From Minisyncoccota bacterium (GTDB taxonomy: Bacteria > Patescibacteriota > Minisyncoccia > UBA6257 > UBA9933): a stretch of DNA of 64,000 bases. The DNA is taken from the NCBI GenBank assembly GCA_041653755.1, contig JBAZEU010000003.1, forward strand, positions 18,738 through 82,737, given 5' to 3'. The position numbers and the translations under genes are program-made. The notes beneath the pieces were generated by a model. It ran no database searches, had not been told where the DNA came from, and was given only the letters and a program-made list of their open reading frames with translations. Position 1 is the stretch's first letter. Every line of letters starts with the position of its first letter. Positions 57,363 to 64,000 of this stretch are shown one piece after another.

Positions 57363-57700
57363 CGACGGAACCGGCCAAAAGGCCTTGGAGGAAGCGGAAT
57401 GCCATTTTTGACTTACCGCTGTAGAGATCCTTAAATCCCTTATAGAAAAATTTTTCAGGGAGTCGTCTATAAGGGTAATAACGTTTCCGATGGATTTCTA
57501 TCCATCCCTAGCCTGCTCCGTGTTCAGCATTCGCTAACACAGAGCAGGCCCCACATCATTATTCATTCATACCTTTCACCTTTCCGCCGTTCCGCTGAGA
57601 ACTCAGAATTTATTTACTGGAGGTACAAATCCTCCTCTGGCGGAACCAAACCACGAGCGTGTGTTGTCTCAGACAATTACACGCTCGTTTTTTTATTTAT
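57363..57700 (+). ncRNA. Long structured 3' region ending in a terminator
   Basis: Helices cccttataga/tctataaggg, gatgga/tccatc, gcctgctc/gagcaggc, ttccgcc/ggcggaa, cgagcgtgt/acacgctcg plus T tract. Confidence 0.5.
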
Positions 57701-57818
57701 TAACCAAAAAATATTTACTGTCTATTATTAACGATCGTTAAAGATAGACAGTAAAATAAAAAGAGCGCAGACCAATATGGTTACGCTCTTTCTTTTTTAT
57801 CTCCTTTTTAAGGAGAAG

Positions 57819-57912
57819 AGGCCGGGGCAGGATTCGAACCTGCATGGACTTATCGTCCTGCGAGTTTGCAGCCCGCTTTGCCTGTGCCTTATTACTCTTC
57901 GGCTACCCGACC
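57819..57912 (-). tRNA. Atypical tRNA-Cys(GCA), 94 nt, long variable arm and expanded D region
   Basis: GGTCGGG/CCCGGCC acceptor, GCGGG-ctGCAaa-CTCGC, GGAC-gataa-GTCC variable arm, GCAGG-TTCGAAT-CCTGC, U73. Confidence 0.75.
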
Positions 57913-58007
57913 GTTAATTATTTTTTAACGAACTAAGAAACAAAAAAATCTAAAAATTAGATCATTTTTATGATAATACTATAAAATTCGAGAAAAGTCA
58001 ACTATCT

Positions 58008-58082
58008 TGGAGCCGGAGGTGAGATTTGAACTCACGACCTTTGCTTTACGAAAGCACTGCTCTACCACTGAGCTACTCCGGC
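58008..58082 (-). tRNA. tRNA-Thr(CGT)
   Basis: GCCGGAG/CTCCGGC, TAGCTCAGTGGTAGAGC, ttCGTaa loop, TTCAAAT, CCA. Confidence 0.93.
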
Positions 58083-58086
58083 AGTA

Positions 58087-59436
58087 TTAAAAAGACAAAT
58101 AATTTTCCAATTTATCGATAGCCACTCTTTCTTGCTTCATCGTGTCTCTGTCTCGGACCGTAACAGTATTATCTTCCAAAGTTTGAAAATCAATAGTTAC
58201 GCAATAAGGCGTTCCGACTTCATCCTGTCTTCGGTAACGGCGACCAACAGAACCGCTTTCATCGTATTGAGTTAAGAATTTTACTTTTAATAAATCAAAA
58301 ACCTCTTGCGCTTTTTTCGTGATTCCCTCTTTGTTTTTAACCAACGGCAAAACCGCCACTTTAATCGGTGAAAGTTTTTTATTTAACTTCAAAACGGTTT
58401 CTAATTCTTTGGTGGCCTCGGTTGTTTCGGTTCTGCCGCCTTCCACCTCCGAATAAGCGTCAATCAAAAACGCTAGCGAGGTTCTATCAGCGCCAGCCGA
58501 TGTTTCAATGACATAAGGAATATATTTTTCTTTTGTTGCCTCGTCAAAATACGACAAATCCTTCCCGCTAGCTTTAGAATGATTCGACAAATCCCAATCG
58601 CCTCTATGATGAATGCCTTCAATCTCATTCCACCCAAACGGAAAGTTATATTCAATATCAAAGGCCTTTCGGGCATAATGAGCCAATTCATTTTTTTCAT
58701 GTTCGTGGAACCTCAAATTTTCTTTTTTCATACCCAAACTTAAATACCAATTCATTCTTTGCTCTTTCCAATAATCAAACCATTTATCCGCCTCGTCCGG
58801 TTTTACAAAAAACTGCATTTCCATTTGTTCAAATTCACGGGTTCGATAAGTAAAATTTCCCGGCGTGATTTCGTTTCTGAAGGCCTTGCCGATTTGGGCA
58901 ATACCAAAAGGAGTTTTTAATCGCATCGAATTCTTGACCCATTCGAAATTCATATAAATACCCTGGCAGGTTTCAGCCCGCAAATAAGTGACAGCTGCAT
59001 CTTCTTCAACTGGCCCGATAAATGTCTTCATCATCAAATTAAACTTTTTCGGTGCAGCTAATTCACCGCCGCAATCCGGACAAACCACCTCTTGAATCTT
59101 AGAACTTGAATCTTGGATCTCTTTCAAATCGTCTTTTTTAAATCTTTTGTGGCATTTTTTACATTCCACTAATTCGTCGGCAAATCCAGCAGTCAAATGT
59201 CCTGATGCTTCCCAAACTTTCGGCGACATCAAAATTGACGCGTCTAAACCAACGATATTTTTCTGCAAACGGGTCATTTCATCCCACCACGCTTTCTTGA
59301 TGTTATTTTTAAGCTCAACGCCTAAAGGACCATAATCATAACAACTAGAAAAACCGCCATACGGCTCCGATGATAAATTAATAAATCCCCTGCTCTTAGC
59401 GAGATTTACTATTTTTTCCATTAAATCTTTTTTCAT
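58087..59436 (-). CDS. glyQS: Glycine--tRNA ligase, dimeric (alpha2) type
   Basis: DYGPLG, WEASGH, YLRAETCQG, FRNEITP, REFEQME, GRRYRRQDE. Confidence 0.96.
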   Translation of the reverse strand: MKKDLMEKIVNLAKSRGFINLSSEPYGGFSSCYDYGPLGVELKNNIKKAWWDEMTRLQKNIVGLDASILMSPKVWEASGHLTAGFADELVECKKCHKRFKKDDLKEIQDSSSKIQEVVCPDCGGELAAPKKFNLMMKTFIGPVEEDAAVTYLRAETCQGIYMNFEWVKNSMRLKTPFGIAQIGKAFRNEITPGNFTYRTREFEQMEMQFFVKPDEADKWFDYWKEQRMNWYLSLGMKKENLRFHEHEKNELAHYARKAFDIEYNFPFGWNEIEGIHHRGDWDLSNHSKASGKDLSYFDEATKEKYIPYVIETSAGADRTSLAFLIDAYSEVEGGRTETTEATKELETVLKLNKKLSPIKVAVLPLVKNKEGITKKAQEVFDLLKVKFLTQYDESGSVGRRYRRQDEVGTPYCVTIDFQTLEDNTVTVRDRDTMKQERVAIDKLENYLSF

Positions 59437-59450
59437 GATAAAATATATCT

Positions 59451-60974
59451 ATGTCTAAAATGAAAACTTTTCTTAAATCCCCTACTTTTTATCTTTTATT
59501 GATAATTATTATAGCTACTTTTCTGCGCTTTTACAATTTTACGAATGTGCCGCCCGGACTTTATCCAGATGAGGCAATGAATGGAAATAACGCATTGGAA
59601 TCATTGTCTACCGGTCATTTCAAGGTTTTTTATCCTGAAAATAATGGCCGTGAAGGATTATTCATCAACATTCAGGCATTTTTCATTTGGCTCTTTAAGG
59701 TCACCGAACCGTGGGTTTTGCATATTCCCAGTGCGTTATTCGGAATATTCACTGTTTTAGGAATTTATTTTTTGGCAAAAGAATTATTTAAATCGACCTC
59801 TGTCGGACTACTGTCTTCTTTTTTCGCGGCTACAAGTTTTTGGCTTATTAATTTTTCCCGCATCGGTTTTCGCGCCATCATGGCTCCATTTTTTCTGGTC
59901 TGGGGACTATATTTCCTAATTAAGGCCTTTCGTAATTCTAGATTCTTAATTCTTAATTCTGTATTAGCCGGAATCTTTTACGGCTTGGGTTTCCATTCTT
60001 ATATCGCCTACCGCGTAACACCATTATTAATTTTATTCGTTTTAATCTATTTTCTTATCCGCTCAATAAAAGAAAATTGGCAAAAAAAGTTTTGGCTGAT
60101 TACATTATTATTTATGGTCGTTACTATTGCCGTGTTTTTGCCCCTTGGAATGTATTTTTTGAAGAATCCCCAAGATTTTCTTGGCAGGACTTCTCAAATT
60201 TCAGTTTTCAGTTCTCCACAGCCGTTAAAAACTCTTTTATTAAATACCGCTAAAACATTTGGGATGTTTAATGTCGCTGGTGATTTTAACTGGCGGCATA
60301 ACTATAGCGGCAGACCGGAACTATTTTGGCCAGTGGGAATTTTATTTTTAATAGGAGTGTTTCTCGCTATTAAAAACTTAATTCAAAATTCAAAAATCAA
60401 AAATCAAAATGACAATTCAAAAATTTTTAATTTTCCATTTTGCATTTTAATTTTGTGGCTTCTCATCACTTCTCTCCCCGTTGTCGTTTCTAATGAAGGA
60501 TTACCTCACGCACTCCGAGCAATATTGATGGCTCCGGCATTTATTATTTTAGCTGGGCTTGGAGGTGTTTGGCTCTATGGATTTATTAAATCAAAAATAA
60601 TCACCCACAACCTAAGAACTTTAAATATCTTCATCGGTCTCTTTCTAATTATTTTGGTCTGTGAAGCCTACTTAACCTACTTTGTTTTATGGGCGAAAAA
60701 CCCGAATGTTGCCGGCGCTTTTAACCAAGATTCAACAAGAATTGGTCACGAATTAAAATCAACCTGCGGTGAGAATTGCGCTGCCTTGCCAAAATACGTG
60801 ATCGTTGAAGCGGGCGGAACAGATGTTCGAGGCATTCCAATGCCAGCCCAAACCGTAATGTTTATAACCGATACTTTTACACCTGAAAAACAAAACGCAA
60901 AAAATTTACACTACGTTTTACCAAGTCAAATTTCTCAAATCCCTCAAAACTCTCTGATTTATTCCATAAAATAA
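59451..60974 (+). CDS. GT-C (ArnT/PMT family) glycosyltransferase
   Basis: PPGLYPDEA loop after TM1, FSRIGFRA, many TMs. Confidence 0.85.
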   Translation: MSKMKTFLKSPTFYLLLIIIIATFLRFYNFTNVPPGLYPDEAMNGNNALESLSTGHFKVFYPENNGREGLFINIQAFFIWLFKVTEPWVLHIPSALFGIFTVLGIYFLAKELFKSTSVGLLSSFFAATSFWLINFSRIGFRAIMAPFFLVWGLYFLIKAFRNSRFLILNSVLAGIFYGLGFHSYIAYRVTPLLILFVLIYFLIRSIKENWQKKFWLITLLFMVVTIAVFLPLGMYFLKNPQDFLGRTSQISVFSSPQPLKTLLLNTAKTFGMFNVAGDFNWRHNYSGRPELFWPVGILFLIGVFLAIKNLIQNSKIKNQNDNSKIFNFPFCILILWLLITSLPVVVSNEGLPHALRAILMAPAFIILAGLGGVWLYGFIKSKIITHNLRTLNIFIGLFLIILVCEAYLTYFVLWAKNPNVAGAFNQDSTRIGHELKSTCGENCAALPKYVIVEAGGTDVRGIPMPAQTVMFITDTFTPEKQNAKNLHYVLPSQISQIPQNSLIYSIK

Positions 60975-60987
60975 TATTTTGCAAAGA

Positions 60988-61020
60988 AAAAGCCCCGAGT
61001 GATAAAACCTCGGGGCTTTT
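60988..61020. terminator. Bidirectional terminator
   Basis: aaaagccccgag..ctcggggctttt between convergent genes. Confidence 0.85.
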
Positions 61021-61036
61021 AAAAACTTTTAAAAAA

Positions 61037-62380
61037 TTACATCAACTCCGCCACCAGTTTGGCAATCGGCGACCTTACGCTGGCGTCTTTAAGCAAAACA
61101 TGCCCAAAACACGCTTGCCCTTTAAATCTCTCGACAGTATAAACTAGTCCGTTGGAAATTTCATCGACATAAGGATTCGCTCTTTGCTTAACGTCCCCTG
61201 TCAAAACAATCTTTGATCCTTCACCCGCTCTTGCCTCAATAATCTTTGTCTGGCTTGGAGTGAAATTCTGCATTTCATCAAAAATAATAAACGTGTCGTG
61301 TATCGTCCTCCCCTGTAAGTAATTGATTGGTTCTATTGAGATCAACCCATTTCCCAACATCATCGCTATCGGCGAAGAATCTTTCTTCCCGGGTTTGTCA
61401 GTCCCCTGTTTTTTCCCATTTGCATCGCCGTTCATAATCAATTCAAGATTATCAAAAATAGGCTTCATCCAGGGCGCAAATTTCTTTTCAACAGTTCCCG
61501 GTAAAAATCCAAGCTCTTGGCCTAATTCGAAATTCGGCCGATAGACCTCAATTCTTTTGAATCCTTTTCCAAGTTGCTCATAACCAGCAGCCAACGCCAA
61601 AAGGGTCTTGCCAGTACCACCATCTCCTACAAGCGTCACTACTGAAACATTCGAATCTTTTAGAAGCGCATACGCAAAAGATTGTTCTTTGTTCAGCGGC
61701 AATATCTTTTTCTGTTCACCCTCTTTTGTAGATTTAGCGACAAGCTTAAAATGATCTCCTTTATACAACGCCAGGACGGTTTTTATATTCGACAAGTTGT
61801 CATATAAAAAAGTACAACACTGATTTAAAAACAATTCCTTGGAAGAAATGAACTCTTCCAATTCTTTCGTTCCAAATATTCCGTCCCGATATATCTTTTC
61901 TGCAAAAATCTGACCAACAGAACTTTCAAGTTTTATTATCTTCCCGCCGGTATACATTTCATCTATGGAGCTTATCATTTTGTCATTCTTATAATCTTCT
62001 GCCGAGATATCATTAATTTTTGCATTCAGACGCAAACGTGGACTTTTCGTAACCAGAATTGCTTCCCCTTTTCCCCTTTCTTCCCATTTTCGAACAACAG
62101 TAATTATGTCTCCTTTATTGTCATCAATAAAAACCTTTCCTCCATTAGAAAGATCAGCCCCTTTTCTTGGGTCATTCCCGTTTGTGAAAATTTTATCCAA
62201 CATCTGTAAAGCTTTCCTAGAATTCAGCCCATCACCATCTATACTTCTTTTAAAAGAGTCCAATTGATCGACAACCGATATTGGAATTACTACAACGTTA
62301 TCGCCAAAACTTAAAAGCGCATCAGAATCATGGACAAGAACACTTACATCTAACACATACGTCTTCCTATTCATAAACAT
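61037..62380 (-). CDS. PhoH2-type PIN-PhoH protein
   Basis: YVLDVSVLVHD PIN start; GDGGTGKT, LGFLPG, QGRT, DEMQN, TGD. Confidence 0.88.
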   Translation of the reverse strand: MFMNRKTYVLDVSVLVHDSDALLSFGDNVVVIPISVVDQLDSFKRSIDGDGLNSRKALQMLDKIFTNGNDPRKGADLSNGGKVFIDDNKGDIITVVRKWEERGKGEAILVTKSPRLRLNAKINDISAEDYKNDKMISSIDEMYTGGKIIKLESSVGQIFAEKIYRDGIFGTKELEEFISSKELFLNQCCTFLYDNLSNIKTVLALYKGDHFKLVAKSTKEGEQKKILPLNKEQSFAYALLKDSNVSVVTLVGDGGTGKTLLALAAGYEQLGKGFKRIEVYRPNFELGQELGFLPGTVEKKFAPWMKPIFDNLELIMNGDANGKKQGTDKPGKKDSSPIAMMLGNGLISIEPINYLQGRTIHDTFIIFDEMQNFTPSQTKIIEARAGEGSKIVLTGDVKQRANPYVDEISNGLVYTVERFKGQACFGHVLLKDASVRSPIAKLVAELM

Positions 62381-62459
62381 CCTCCTATTTACAAAATTGT
62401 TAAATTAGCCTCTAAAAGGATAAAATACTTCTTCAAAGGTGTCAAACAAGAGAGTTAAC

Positions 62460-63473
62460 TTATCCGTGTCTTATTTCCATCACGTCGCCGTCTTGAACAA
62501 CATATTCTTTGCCCTCTAAACGCAACCATCCTTTTTGTTTGGCCTGAGTCCAACCACTGGCTTCTAATAACTTTTGCCAATTTATAACTTCGGCTCGAAT
62601 AAAATTCTTTTCAAAATCGGTATGAATCACGCCTGCTGCTTGCGGCGCTTTTGCGCCTTTCTCAATCGTCCAAGCTCTTGTTTCGTCTTCACCGGTTGTC
62701 AAAAAACTGATTAAATCTAAAACTCCGTAGGCCTTTTTGATTAATTCGCTCAATCCCGTTTCGTTCCCCTCGTCTCCCAGATCAACGATTAGATAATCCG
62801 AGTTTAAAGATTTTATTTTATTTTTTAATTCCTCAGAAACATCTTCTGGCTTACCATTTAAAAGATAAATTTGTTTTTTTATTGTCAAAAGATTCGTTTC
62901 TTTAACAACCGGCATATCTAATATTTCTTCGCCGACATTAGAAGCTAATATGTTTTTTTCTAAAATCTCTACAACTTTTTTAATTGCTTCAAAATCTTTT
63001 TGCTTTTGTTTATCAGTTTTAGCTTCGCCTTCTAATTTTTTTAATCGTCTTTCCGCTGTGTCTAAGTCCTTCAAAATTAATTCCATATTCACGATTTCTA
63101 AATCCCTCACAGGATCCACTCCTTGCTCCACATGAATAATTTCTGATGACGGAAAACACCTTACCACCTGAACAATAGCATTAACGTCTCTGATATGAGA
63201 CAAAAATTGATTACCTAAACCCTCACCTTTATAAGCGCCTTTTACAAGCCCGGCAATATCGTAAAATTCAACAACCGCTGGAACGATTTTCTTCGAATTG
63301 CTTAATTTTGCCAATTTTTCTAATCGTTCATCAGGAACAACAACCACGCCCACATTAGGATCAATGGTGGCGAAAGGATAATTAGCGATATTCACCTGCT
63401 GTTTTGTAATTGCTTTGAATAAAGTTGATTTACCGACATTAGGCAAGCCAACAATTCCGATTGATAAATTCAT
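62460..63473 (-). CDS. ychF: Redox-regulated ATPase YchF
   Basis: GLPNVGKS, ANYPFATIDPN, DIAGLV, AAGVIHTDF, EGKEY. Confidence 0.96.
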   Translation of the reverse strand: MNLSIGIVGLPNVGKSTLFKAITKQQVNIANYPFATIDPNVGVVVVPDERLEKLAKLSNSKKIVPAVVEFYDIAGLVKGAYKGEGLGNQFLSHIRDVNAIVQVVRCFPSSEIIHVEQGVDPVRDLEIVNMELILKDLDTAERRLKKLEGEAKTDKQKQKDFEAIKKVVEILEKNILASNVGEEILDMPVVKETNLLTIKKQIYLLNGKPEDVSEELKNKIKSLNSDYLIVDLGDEGNETGLSELIKKAYGVLDLISFLTTGEDETRAWTIEKGAKAPQAAGVIHTDFEKNFIRAEVINWQKLLEASGWTQAKQKGWLRLEGKEYVVQDGDVMEIRHG

Positions 63474-63501
63474 GGTTATTAATTATACTGTGTCTGGAAC
63501 A

Positions 63502-64000
63502 ATGAAACAAATTTTAAAAATAATCTTTTTGGGTCTGGTAATCACCAGTATTTTTCTGCCGAATATAATATTTGCGGCAACCAAAACCCCTTTTTACTAT
63601 GCGGGTTGGATTCCTTTTTGGAAAGATCAAGCCGGCGCTCACGACCTCTCAATCCATCTTAATTCAATCTACGAAATAAGCCCTTTTTCCTATGAAGTTA
63701 ATTCCAAGGGCAAGCTTATCGATTCGATTCAAATCAATAAAGGTTTTTGGCCCGGTTGGCTTACGGCGGTTCGTGGCACTAAAACGAAAGTTATTCCCAC
63801 AATCGCCTGGTTTGACGGCGATAATATCCATAAAATACTTTCCAATAAAACCAGCCGCATCAATCAAGAAAACGCCATAACAAAATTGGTAAAAGACCAG
63901 AAATTTGACGGCATTGATATCGATTACGAAGCGAAATTGGCTGACACAAATAAATATTTTGCTCTTTTTATAGAAGGACTTGCCATCCGGCTTCATCCTT
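63502..64000 (+). CDS. GH18 glycoside hydrolase, secreted, truncated by window end
   Basis: Signal peptide MKQILKIIFLG..IIFA and FDGIDIDYE (DxxDxDxE) motif. Confidence 0.85.
   Translation, partial: MKQILKIIFLGLVITSIFLPNIIFAATKTPFYYAGWIPFWKDQAGAHDLSIHLNSIYEISPFSYEVNSKGKLIDSIQINKGFWPGWLTAVRGTKTKVIPTIAWFDGDNIHKILSNKTSRINQENAITKLVKDQKFDGIDIDYEAKLADTNKYFALFIEGLAIRLHP

Noticed and set aside
57819-57912. tRNA-Sec or 8/4 selC*-type tRNA
   Set aside because: The anticodon is GCA and the stems are 7/5; no sel genes are in the window.

Overview
AT-rich, gene-dense bacterial chromosome segment using genetic code 11. It most likely comes from a Patescibacteria/CPR (Parcubacteria-type) genome. This is inferred from the compact ProRS and SecA, the dimeric GlyRS, SD-less core genes, the near absence of biosynthetic genes and the CCTGCCTGCCGGCAGGCAGG-type repeats. 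Core content: proS-mreBCD-mrdA, galT-like, tpiA, hpf-secA, pgk, rnhA, RNase P RNA, a MacAB-like ABC system, ppiA, uppP, rlmN, obg, fmt/def, ctpA, rplI/rpmA, gltX, murG-ftsW-mraY, dnaX, ftsEX, prfB (+1 frameshift), glyQS and ychF, plus tRNAs Gly, Gln (two), Thr and Cys. Genes are mostly on + up to about 31 kb and mostly on - after about 33 kb. Highlights: (1) two loci where a decayed tRNA gene carrying the same 20-bp palindrome in its D-arm adjoins or encloses an intact tRNA of the same isotype; (2) the same palindrome and 7-mer microsatellites translated in frame inside housekeeping proteins; (3) a recurring accessory cassette (sigma70 promoter, boxA-like motif, strong SD, terminator) that contrasts with SD-less core genes and often has long structured RNA tails; (4) an aberrant long-variable-arm tRNA-Cys; (5) an SF2 helicase with five diversified C-terminal repeats; (6) an unannotated KKA-repeat peptide and several candidate ncRNAs. 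All calls come from reading the sequence by eye; no database searches or folding programs were run.
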